Positions 9,657 through 17,068 of a stretch of DNA of 32,000 bases are shown here, piece by piece (positions within the stretch are counted from its first letter, which is position 1; the number at the start of each line of letters is the position of its first letter). The notes beneath the pieces were generated by a model. That model saw nothing but the letters and a program-made list of their open reading frames with translations. It ran no database searches and had not been told where the DNA came from. Both the position numbers and the translations under genes were made by a program. The stretch is from Caldimicrobium thiodismutans. GTDB lineage: Bacteria > Desulfobacterota > Thermodesulfobacteria > Thermodesulfobacteriales > Thermodesulfobacteriaceae. The stretch is from the NCBI RefSeq assembly GCF_001548275.1, contig NZ_AP014945.1, positions 660,001 through 692,000 on the forward strand, given 5' to 3'.

Positions 9657-10355
9657 ATGTTTTCACCTTTTAAAGCCTTTAAAGATCCTGTTATTTTAGA
9701 TCCCCAGGAACACAGAAATTTACGAATTTACAAACCTGAAAATTATAGCTTTATGGAAGGGGTTGAGGTTGTTCCTCTAACCTTTTCTGAACTTCTTTCA
9801 GTCTCCATGTATTATCCTGTGATGTTTGGTGTCTTTGAGAGAGAACTTTTTCCCTTTGCTGTGCTTGGAGTGAATGGAAAAAATGTCTATCTCAATGATG
9901 AAGGATTTTTCAAGGTGGATGTTATCCCAAGTGTAGTTTTAAGTTATCCCTTTGGAATCGTAAGAAAAAAAGAAGAAGAAAATGTGGAGTGGATAGTTAT
10001 AGTGGATAAATTTTGTGAGGATGAGAAGGGAGAGAGGCTCTTTGAAGATGAAGGAAGCGATACCCCATATTTTCAATCCATAAAATCTCAATTAACAGAT
10101 CTTGCTCTGGATTTTCATAAAGTTTATGAATTTACTCGGGAAATAGCAGAACTTAATCTTTTAAAGCCTATAGATTTTGAAGTTTCTAATAAATATGGAA
10201 CAACCAGATTTAGAAATGTTTTAATAGGAAATATTGAAAGCCTTTCTAAAATTCAGCCAGAAAAACTTTATTTTCTAAATACTTCAGGCTATCTCCCAAT
10301 AATTTACTCTATCTATTTTAGTGTAAGAAATTTTAAGTTATTTGATTTGATTTAA
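9657..10355 (+). CDS. SapC-family protein (function unknown)
   Basis: The pattern PLTFSELLSVSMYYPVMF...FPFAVLGVNGKNVYLNDEGFF...IPSVVLSYPFGIV matches my memory of the SapC (PF07277) core. Strong RBS AAGGAGG; 16 nt after the HEPN stop. Confidence 0.55.
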   Translation: MFSPFKAFKDPVILDPQEHRNLRIYKPENYSFMEGVEVVPLTFSELLSVSMYYPVMFGVFERELFPFAVLGVNGKNVYLNDEGFFKVDVIPSVVLSYPFGIVRKKEEENVEWIVIVDKFCEDEKGERLFEDEGSDTPYFQSIKSQLTDLALDFHKVYEFTREIAELNLLKPIDFEVSNKYGTTRFRNVLIGNIESLSKIQPEKLYFLNTSGYLPIIYSIYFSVRNFKLFDLI

Positions 10356-10387
10356 TTTTTATTTCAATAACTCTAAAACTTGATATC

Positions 10388-10948
10388 TTACTTAAGTTGT
10401 AAACTATTTTTTAAATCTTTCCACCTTTTTACTAAATCTACCTCTAAGGTTTCACTAAAAATCTTAAGCCAATTTTTTATATAATCTTCATCTAAGGTTT
10501 TTTGTTTAAGAAGAACAGTCTTAAGGTCTTCTATGTCTCTCGGTCTATTAGAAATAAGTTTGTAAATAATTAAATCTTCTACAGAAATATAATTTAAGTA
10601 AAAATCATCTATTTTAATTTTATTTGCTCTTTTAATAGCCTCTTTTTCATAGGGAGTCCAGCTGAAGATAAAATCTATTCTAAATCCTGTTTCAGGGTCT
10701 TTTACTGGTAAAACTCTGGTATCTCTTATAAATTCCTCTACATTTTGAGTTAGCAGAGAAAAATTTAATCTTTTGACTATATCTAAGATTTTCTCTATGT
10801 GATCTATATCCACTCCTAAGGTAATGTCAATGTCTCTGGTTAAACGAGGTTCTCCATAAAGTAAAACTGCTTGACCGCCAATTATCATATATTCAATTCC
10901 TTCTCTTTGAAGTTCATCAGCTATATTTTTAAGTAATTTTTTAATCAT
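10388..10948 (-). CDS. Nucleotidyltransferase-fold protein (Pol-beta superfamily), TA-like
   Basis: MIIGGQAVLLYGEPRLTRDIDITLGV (G-G-x9-R-x-T-R-D-x-D) plus a later RIDFIF acidic residue. C-terminal EDLIIYKLISNRPRDIEDLKTVL helix. ATGA overlap with the upstream 65-aa ORF. Confidence 0.6.
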   Translation of the reverse strand: MIKKLLKNIADELQREGIEYMIIGGQAVLLYGEPRLTRDIDITLGVDIDHIEKILDIVKRLNFSLLTQNVEEFIRDTRVLPVKDPETGFRIDFIFSWTPYEKEAIKRANKIKIDDFYLNYISVEDLIIYKLISNRPRDIEDLKTVLLKQKTLDEDYIKNWLKIFSETLEVDLVKRWKDLKNSLQLK

Positions 10949-11142
10949 CTTTTAGACTTATTCAGTATTTTAGCAAGGAAAATATCTTTTTCTATTCCTT
11001 CAAGAGGATCTTCAGGGGGAAATTTACCCAGTTCTTTTGCAAATTTAACCATTTCCTCAAAAATTTTTAAATTTTGATAGAAATCTACAGGGTCTTCTGC
11101 TATAATCTCATATTCAAATTTTTCAAATTCTTTTTTAATCAT
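10945..11142 (-). CDS. Small acidic protein, possible partner of the downstream nucleotidyltransferase
   Basis: 65-aa ORF. It lies 3 nt after the stop of the GT9-MT fusion and overlaps the next gene by 4 nt. I recognise no motif. Confidence 0.4.
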   Translation of the reverse strand: MIKKEFEKFEYEIIAEDPVDFYQNLKIFEEMVKFAKELGKFPPEDPLEGIEKDIFLAKILNKSKR

Positions 11143-11145
11143 TGG

Positions 11146-13293
11146 TTAAATTCTATCATCTCGCCACATTATATCAACAGCAGAAGTGGCTATAGCATCT
11201 CTTAAGACCCTTTCCCAGTTTATTCCACTTTTACCTTTAACAGCAATAGCAAATTGAAAGTTTCCCAGGTATCTTGCATTTACATATAGAGGCTTCATGG
11301 CATCAAAAAGGATGGCTGTTGTTACTTCCTTGGGTAGGGTAATCTTTTGTCCCTCTTGAGTTGTAAGTTCTACACTTTTTGGGGTTATGCCCTCAAGAAC
11401 TGTCCCCGCAAGAAGAGGCTCTGTAAAGATAACCACCTCTTCAAAACCTGCAAGTTTTAGGCCATAATAAAGGGTCCAGGGTTTGAAACGATTAAGATGA
11501 TGAGGAGGATAATCATTATACCACCATTTGTATTTGCGATAACTTAAAGATAGATTTTCAAACTTAAAATAAGGGGGACAGCTCAAAATAGCAAAACCAT
11601 CCCTTTCTAAAAGTGCGTAAATTCCTTTCAAAAACTCTAAAGGGTTTTCCACATGTTCGATAACTTCAAAGGCAGTGATTACTTGGTATGGACCCTTAAA
11701 GTCTTCTGGAAGTTCTTCAAAGGTTAAGGCTTGAGCAATATTCAGTTTATATTTTTTTCTTCCAAGTTCTACAGCCTCCTTTGAAGCCTCCATCCCATAA
11801 ACTTCAAAACCATATTTTTTGGCAATGAGAAGAAAATATCCCGTAGAGCAGCCAATATCCAAAAGCTTTCCTTGAGGAAGTAAAGATAATATTGGTAAAA
11901 GAACATTAAACCTTAAGACTCGCTCCCACTTCTTTCTTTCCTTTTCCTCTTCTTTTTCAAGATCTATGTAACTTTTATAGGCTGTTTCTGCAAATTCTAA
12001 GAGGTTAATAAGTTTACCTTGATAAGCCGCATCATAATCCATAGCCTTAACAGGATAGGGAAACTGCAATCCACAGCCTGGGCATTCAAAAATTCTATGC
12101 TGATTGATTACCTCAAAAAGACTGAAATTTCCAGAAAAATCACAAAGGGGGCATTTTTCTGGCTTGGGATAATCTTTTTCACAGAGAAGCTCTGCATCTT
12201 TGAGAGCAAAATAAATCACCTTTGGGGGAATACTTTCTAAGCAGGGGCTATAAAATTGATGTTTTATTTTGGCTTCAGGACAGGGTTCCCCAGTTGCATG
12301 AATTCCACAGGGAGCTTTACAGGTCTGACCAATATAATTTGGGCGAACTGGAATGACTGTGGGATAAGTCTCAGAGCGAAGACTTGCTTCAATAGGTCCT
12401 GTAATAAAAACTATGGGTTTCTTAAGCCCCCCTGCAATATGAAGGGTTGCAGTATCTGCAGTAATCACCACATCAGATAGATAAACAGAAGCTATTAAAT
12501 ATTTCAAATCCTTCATCAAATAAGAAAGATTAGCAGCCCTAATTCCATAAACATCAAGGGCAACCTCAACAGTTATATCCTCATCAGGCAAACTACAAAT
12601 CACTGGCACATACTCCTCTGAGATTAAATCCTCAATCTCTTTTAAAAGCTTAGGTGGCAGAGTCCTATGAATAGATGAGGCAAGATAGTGGAAAAGTAAA
12701 ACCCTCTCTTTACCAGACAACTTTTTGACTTCTTCAAATACAGGCGTCAATTCTTTGACAATTTCCTCATCTACCACTACATCTGGAGTTTCATCTTCTG
12801 CAAAGTAGAGTCTAAATTTCCAGAGAAACCACTTAACCATATTCAGGTTATCAAAGCCAGGGGTATTGACCATTTCAACAGCTTTTATCATATAATTTGC
12901 CTTGACTACTTCTTTAATGGGTGCTGGGTGAGGGAAAAGTTTATCTATGTAGGAAAGTTTTTCCAGAACCGGGCGAGCTCTACCTGATACAGCAACCCAG
13001 AGTTTACAATCGGGATATCTTCTTTTTACCTCCCTTAAAGCTACAGTTGAGCAAAGCACATCTCCAATGGCTCCTTGCATAAAGACAAAAAGAGTTTTTC
13101 CCTTGAGAGGCTCTCCATCGTAAAAGGGAGGTAGCGCTGTGTTAGTTTTTTGAAAGGCCCTTTGAAGATTTTGAGGAAGTAAGGCAAAGACATCATTGGC
13201 AAAAAGGAGCTTTTCCCCTGGTTTCAGGTCAAAATGATAGCCATTGAAATCAAAACTCATTTTACTTAAAGCCTGAACTGTAAGCATGGGCAT
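11146..13293 (-). CDS. Fusion protein: GT9 (heptosyltransferase-like) glycosyltransferase + Cys cluster + Zn ribbon + class I SAM-dependent methyltransferase
   Basis: GT9 N-terminal signature FMQGAIGDVLCSTVALREVKRRYPDCKLWV and C-terminal signature VVITADTATLHIAGGLKKPIVFITGP. Cys cluster C-x3-C-x8-C-x12-C (TCKAPCGIHATGEPC...SPC). Zn ribbon CPLC-x19-CPGC. SAM motif I LLDIGCSTGYF followed by EVYGMEAS. The likely true start is Met3 (13287), 6 nt after AAGGGGG. Confidence 0.75.
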   Translation of the reverse strand: MPMLTVQALSKMSFDFNGYHFDLKPGEKLLFANDVFALLPQNLQRAFQKTNTALPPFYDGEPLKGKTLFVFMQGAIGDVLCSTVALREVKRRYPDCKLWVAVSGRARPVLEKLSYIDKLFPHPAPIKEVVKANYMIKAVEMVNTPGFDNLNMVKWFLWKFRLYFAEDETPDVVVDEEIVKELTPVFEEVKKLSGKERVLLFHYLASSIHRTLPPKLLKEIEDLISEEYVPVICSLPDEDITVEVALDVYGIRAANLSYLMKDLKYLIASVYLSDVVITADTATLHIAGGLKKPIVFITGPIEASLRSETYPTVIPVRPNYIGQTCKAPCGIHATGEPCPEAKIKHQFYSPCLESIPPKVIYFALKDAELLCEKDYPKPEKCPLCDFSGNFSLFEVINQHRIFECPGCGLQFPYPVKAMDYDAAYQGKLINLLEFAETAYKSYIDLEKEEEKERKKWERVLRFNVLLPILSLLPQGKLLDIGCSTGYFLLIAKKYGFEVYGMEASKEAVELGRKKYKLNIAQALTFEELPEDFKGPYQVITAFEVIEHVENPLEFLKGIYALLERDGFAILSCPPYFKFENLSLSYRKYKWWYNDYPPHHLNRFKPWTLYYGLKLAGFEEVVIFTEPLLAGTVLEGITPKSVELTTQEGQKITLPKEVTTAILFDAMKPLYVNARYLGNFQFAIAVKGKSGINWERVLRDAIATSAVDIMWRDDRI

Positions 13294-13464
13294 CCCCCTT
13301 AATTGTAATTAATAAAATCTTAACAAGATTTATGCCAGATAAATACTAAGAAATAAACTTGCAATATATGCCCCTGCATAAGTTTATATTTATAAAAGAA
13401 AAAGGAAGGGGGAAAGGGGATTTACAACATTATACAGATTTATTTGCCCAAAGAGGAAGATTTA

Positions 13465-13523
13465 AGTCTCAAAAGATATGGAGGCACATAGGTGCTTTTA
13501 ATTTTGTGATAGTGAATTATAAT
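13465..13523 (+). promoter_or_regulatory. Candidate promoter with upstream 18-nt repeat module
   Basis: AGTCTCAAAAGATATGGA (13465-13482), 13 nt, TTTTAA (13496-13501), 16 nt, TATAAT (13518-13523). It lies 45 nt upstream of the coiled-coil gene. The same layout occurs at 21220-21278 and 27023-27081. Confidence 0.35.
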
Positions 13524-13568
13524 AAAAAAAAACTCTTAGAAAATTTTTAAGCTTTAGAGGTAGCTGAT

Positions 13569-14363
13569 ATGTTACAAAGTAGAGTATTAAAATCCAGTGA
13601 GGAGATTGAGAAGGAGGCCCAGAAATATCCCGTTTTAACCTTTGCAGACATTTTACGAGCTCTAAAGGAACATCCTGACTGGCTTGAAGAGTTAAGAAAA
13701 ATCATTCTCACCGCTGATTTAATAGAACTCCCTCAAAAAATAAATGAAATTTTGCAAAGATTAGAAAGACTTGAAAAGAAAGTGGATACTCTTGAACAAG
13801 ATTTAGCAGTTCTCAAACAGGATGTAGAAGTTCTCAAACAGGATGTAGCAATTCTCAAGCAGGATGTAGCAATTCTCAAGCAGGATGTAGCAATTCTCAA
13901 ACAGGATGTAGCAATTCTCAAACAGGATGTAGCTTTTCTTAAAGGGGAGGTTGGAAGATTGAAAGGTAAAGACTTTGAGAGAACAATCAGGGAGAGATAC
14001 TATGCCTACTTTGGAAGACTCCTTAGAAAAACAAGGTTAATCCCTATGGAGAAAATTTTACCTCGCTTAGAAGAAGCTGAGGAAAAGGGTCTCATCTCTG
14101 AAGAAGAATTTGATGACCTTTTGAGGCTTGATTTGATAGTTGAAGGGCAGATAAAAAGTAATAAAAAACCAGTAATTCTTGCTGTAGAAGTTTCCTATAG
14201 TCTTTATGAAGAGGATATCCAAAGAGCAATAAGGAGGGCTAATATTCTTGCTCATCTTTTACAAAAAGAGGTTATTCCTACTGTCATTTGTGTGGAAACT
14301 AAAGAAGATTTTATTAAATTAGCAGAAGATCAGGGAGCCTTTGTTTTAAAAACAGATTACTAA
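13569..14363 (+). CDS. Coiled-coil (heptad-repeat) protein with a C-terminal alpha/beta domain, possibly PD-(D/E)xK-like
   Basis: Eight consecutive heptads: QDLAVLK, QDVEVLK, four QDVAILK, QDVAFLK, GEVGRLK. C-terminal segment FERTIRE...LRLDLIVEG...ILAVEVSYS. RBS GAGG 6 nt upstream of the ATG. Confidence 0.7.
   Translation: MLQSRVLKSSEEIEKEAQKYPVLTFADILRALKEHPDWLEELRKIILTADLIELPQKINEILQRLERLEKKVDTLEQDLAVLKQDVEVLKQDVAILKQDVAILKQDVAILKQDVAILKQDVAFLKGEVGRLKGKDFERTIRERYYAYFGRLLRKTRLIPMEKILPRLEEAEEKGLISEEEFDDLLRLDLIVEGQIKSNKKPVILAVEVSYSLYEEDIQRAIRRANILAHLLQKEVIPTVICVETKEDFIKLAEDQGAFVLKTDY
13797..13964 (+). repeat. 21-bp tandem repeat (8 units) inside the CDS
   Basis: The unit is CAGGATGTAGCAATTCTCAA(A/G). 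Units at 13839, 13860, 13881 and 13902 are identical except for the final wobble base. Flanking units are progressively diverged. Confidence 0.95.
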
Positions 14364-14385
14364 TGTTCTGGGGAGGGTGAGAAAG

Positions 14386-14604
14386 ATGCCAATTTTTGAA
14401 TTCCAATGTGAAGAATGTGGAGAGATCTTTGAAGAGCTCATTCTGGGCAGCAAATTTGAGGGTCTTAAATGCAAAAAATGTAAAAGCTCAAAGGTTCATA
14501 AATTAATGTCTCAGGTGGCTTATAAATCAGGTGAAAAATTTATTGCAAGCAGTGGCTCGGGATGTAGTTCCTGTAGTGGTGGTTCCTGTAGTTCCTGCAG
14601 ATAA
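14386..14604 (+). CDS. FmdB-family zinc-ribbon protein (CxxC_CxxC_SSSS type)
   Basis: MPIFEFQCEECGEIFE...LKCKKCKS, then a Ser/Gly/Cys tail SSGSGCSSCSGGSCSSCR. RBS GGGGAGGG 8 nt upstream of the ATG at 14386. Confidence 0.8.
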   Translation: MPIFEFQCEECGEIFEELILGSKFEGLKCKKCKSSKVHKLMSQVAYKSGEKFIASSGSGCSSCSGGSCSSCR

Positions 14605-14626
14605 TTTAATCTAAAGGAGAATTTTT

Positions 14627-15550
14627 GTGAATCTTCGTGTGGGAACGCGTGGAAGTAAATTAGCCCTTGCTCAAACAGAATGGGTCATCTCAAAACTTAA
14701 GCACTATCACCCTCAACTTGAAATTGAAAAGGTTATCATTAAAACTACCGGGGATAAAATTTTAGATGCCCCTTTGAGTAAAATCGGAGGTAAAGGGCTT
14801 TTTGTGAAGGAAATTGAGGAGGCTCTTTTAAGTGGTGATATTGATTTTGCAGTGCATAGTATGAAAGATGTTCCCTCAGAGGTCCCATCCGGGCTTGAGG
14901 TTTCAATTGTCCCGGAGAGGGAATCTCCCTATGATGTCTGGATCTCGGATTTTAAGTCTTTTCATTTACTTCCAGCAGGAGGAAAGGTTGGAACAAGCAG
15001 TCTCAGAAGAATGACCCAGTTAAAGAGAATCAGGCCTGATCTACAGATTGAACCCCTTAGAGGAAATGTTGATACCCGTTTGAGGAAATTGAAAGAGGGT
15101 CTTTATGATGGGATAGTTCTTGCTGAGGCAGGTCTAAAAAGATTAAAAATTGAAGTAGATTATATATCTTTCTCTTTGAATCAAATGGTTCCTGCGGTTG
15201 GGCAGGGAGCCCTTGGAATTGAAACTCGCACCAAAGATTCCCAAACAAAAGCAATACTTAGTGTTCTTCATTCGGAGGAAACTGCCATTGCGGTTAAAGC
15301 TGAAAGGGCTTTTCTCCGGACCTTAGAAGGCGGTTGCCAGGTCCCCCTTGGAGCACATGCCTATTTTGAAAATTCAAAACTTATCATAACAGGATTTATT
15401 GCTGACCTTGAAGGTGTAAGATTTTATAAAGAAACCTTGGCAGGCAGTCCATCTGAACCTGAGAAGCTTGGTGAAGAGCTTGCCAGAATCCTTTTAACAC
15501 AGGGCGGAGAAGCAATTTTGAAGGAATTATATCAGGGGATTAAAGGATGA
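14627..15550 (+). CDS. hemC: Hydroxymethylbilane synthase (porphobilinogen deaminase)
   Basis: LRVGTRGSKLALAQT N-terminus, AVHSMKDVP, GNVDTRLRKL, and LEGGCQVPLG (cofactor Cys). GTG start after AAGGAG. Confidence 0.92.
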   Translation: MNLRVGTRGSKLALAQTEWVISKLKHYHPQLEIEKVIIKTTGDKILDAPLSKIGGKGLFVKEIEEALLSGDIDFAVHSMKDVPSEVPSGLEVSIVPERESPYDVWISDFKSFHLLPAGGKVGTSSLRRMTQLKRIRPDLQIEPLRGNVDTRLRKLKEGLYDGIVLAEAGLKRLKIEVDYISFSLNQMVPAVGQGALGIETRTKDSQTKAILSVLHSEETAIAVKAERAFLRTLEGGCQVPLGAHAYFENSKLIITGFIADLEGVRFYKETLAGSPSEPEKLGEELARILLTQGGEAILKELYQGIKG

Positions 15551-17064
15551 ACAAAAACGGAAAGGTTTATTTAGTTGGAGCAGGCCCGGGTGATCCTGGC
15601 CTTTTTACCCTTAAGGGGAAGGCCCTTCTTGAAAGGGCTGAAGTTGTTATTTATGACTATCTTGCCAATCCAGATCTTCTTAAATTCTGTCCAGAAAATT
15701 GTGAATTTATCTATGTAGGGAAAAAAGGAGGAGCTCATACCCTTCCTCAGGAGGAGATTAATAAACTTTTAGTAAAAAAGGCTATGGAAGGAAAGTGTGT
15801 AGTAAGGCTTAAAGGGGGTGATCCTTTTCTTTTTGGCAGAGGGGGAGAAGAGATTGAAGAATTAGTAAAAGAAGGGATCCCCTTTGAGGTTGTCTCGGGA
15901 ATTACTTCTGGAATTGCGGTTCCTGCTTATGCTGGTATTCCAGTCACGCACCGGGATTATACCTCAACTCTTGCCTTAATAACTGGACACGAAGCGGAAG
16001 ATAAAGAAGAAAGCAAAATCAATTTCAAGGCCCTTTCCAAACTGGGAACACTGGTTTTCTTTATGGGAGTCAAAAATTTACCCTATATAGTTGAAAACCT
16101 TCTTAAGGAAGGAAAGTCTTCAGATACCCCTTGTGCTGTTATTCAATGGGGGACAACTCCTAAGCAAAAGACTGCTCAAGGAACCCTTGCAACTATTCTT
16201 GAAGATGTTAAAAAAAAGGGAATTACAGCCCCTGCTATTATTGTTGTAGGAGAGGTTGTGAAATTAAGAGCTAAATTTAATTGGTTTGAAACAAAGCCCC
16301 TCTTTGGAAAGAGGATTTTGATTACTCGCACAAGAGAACAGGCAAGTAAATTGCGAATTGCCCTTGAAGAATCCGGGGCAGAGGTATGCGAGGTGCCCAC
16401 CATAGAGGTAAGACCTTTGATTTCTGATAAAACCCTTGAGGTTATGCAGAATTTGGGGAGATATGATTGGATTGTCTTTACCTCAGAAAACGGCGTCCGC
16501 TACTTTTTTGAAACCCTCTTTAAGCAAAATCTTGACCTAAGAGCCCTTTCGAAATTAAAAATTGCTGTTATTGGCCCAGCAACTTTTGAGGCTATTAATA
16601 AATTTTATCTTAAAGCAGATCTTGTGCCTGAGAAAAACTATACCCAGGAAGGCTTAGCAGAAGCTTTTAAGAAATTGGATCTTCACGGAAAAAAGGTGCT
16701 TCTTGTAAGGGCCAAGGTTGCAAGAGAACTACTTCCCGAATCCCTCAAGGCTCAGGGAGCAGAGGTTAATATTCTTCCCATTTACGAGACCCTGTGTCCT
16801 GAGGCCTCAACTGCCAAATTAAAAGAGGCCTTTTCAGAAAAAATAGATGCAGTGACCTTTACCAGTTCTTCAACCGTTGAAAACTTTTTTGCTCTGTTGA
16901 AAAAGGCAGGACTCACCCTACCTGAATCCTTGGTTTTAGCCTCTATTGGCCCGATTACCTCTGAAACAATAAAAAAATTTGGCTATGAACCCACCCTTGA
17001 GGCAAAAGAATACACAATTCCTGGGCTTGTCTCTGCTCTCATAGATTTTTTTGGAAGGGGATAG
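15547..17064 (+). CDS. cobA/hemD: Bifunctional uroporphyrinogen-III C-methyltransferase / uroporphyrinogen-III synthase
   Basis: N-terminal half: [34 protein letters not shown] (SUMT motifs). C-terminal ~250 aa is a HemD-like two-lobed domain ([10 protein letters not shown]...FTSENGV...FTSSSTV). Confidence 0.9.
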   Translation: MNKNGKVYLVGAGPGDPGLFTLKGKALLERAEVVIYDYLANPDLLKFCPENCEFIYVGKKGGAHTLPQEEINKLLVKKAMEGKCVVRLKGGDPFLFGRGGEEIEELVKEGIPFEVVSGITSGIAVPAYAGIPVTHRDYTSTLALITGHEAEDKEESKINFKALSKLGTLVFFMGVKNLPYIVENLLKEGKSSDTPCAVIQWGTTPKQKTAQGTLATILEDVKKKGITAPAIIVVGEVVKLRAKFNWFETKPLFGKRILITRTREQASKLRIALEESGAEVCEVPTIEVRPLISDKTLEVMQNLGRYDWIVFTSENGVRYFFETLFKQNLDLRALSKLKIAVIGPATFEAINKFYLKADLVPEKNYTQEGLAEAFKKLDLHGKKVLLVRAKVARELLPESLKAQGAEVNILPIYETLCPEASTAKLKEAFSEKIDAVTFTSSSTVENFFALLKKAGLTLPESLVLASIGPITSETIKKFGYEPTLEAKEYTIPGLVSALIDFFGRG

Positions 17065-17068
17065 GAAA

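Noticed and set aside
13359-13550. 63-aa ORF in the divergent gap between the GT9-MT fusion and the coiled-coil gene.
   Set aside because: It spans repeat modules and the predicted promoter. It has no RBS and no recognisable motif, so it is probably spurious.
13733-13921. Antisense and alternate-frame small ORFs inside real genes. They include 308-496, 2124-2420, 3336-3530, 6271-6567, 7228-7431, 12019-12480, 13733-13921, 14067-14255, 15057-15254, 16176-16403 and 19384-19566. Also 27027-27403, 28428-28970, 30110-30428 and 30745-30960.
   Set aside because: Each is fully embedded in a longer ORF carrying strong family motifs. The sequences are low-complexity or repetitive mirror images (for example, RIATSCL repeats are the antisense of the 21-bp repeat).
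13797-13964. Possible CRISPR array, suggested by the regular 21-bp repeats (and the 7-nt repeats at 20961-21009).
   Set aside because: The units are directly abutting with no spacers. The first tract is in frame within a CDS encoding heptads. No cas genes are present.
8536-14363. Classical genomic island, prophage or IS element.
   Set aside because: There is no integrase, transposase, phage gene, flanking tRNA or direct-repeat att site. The region is reported only as an accessory block.
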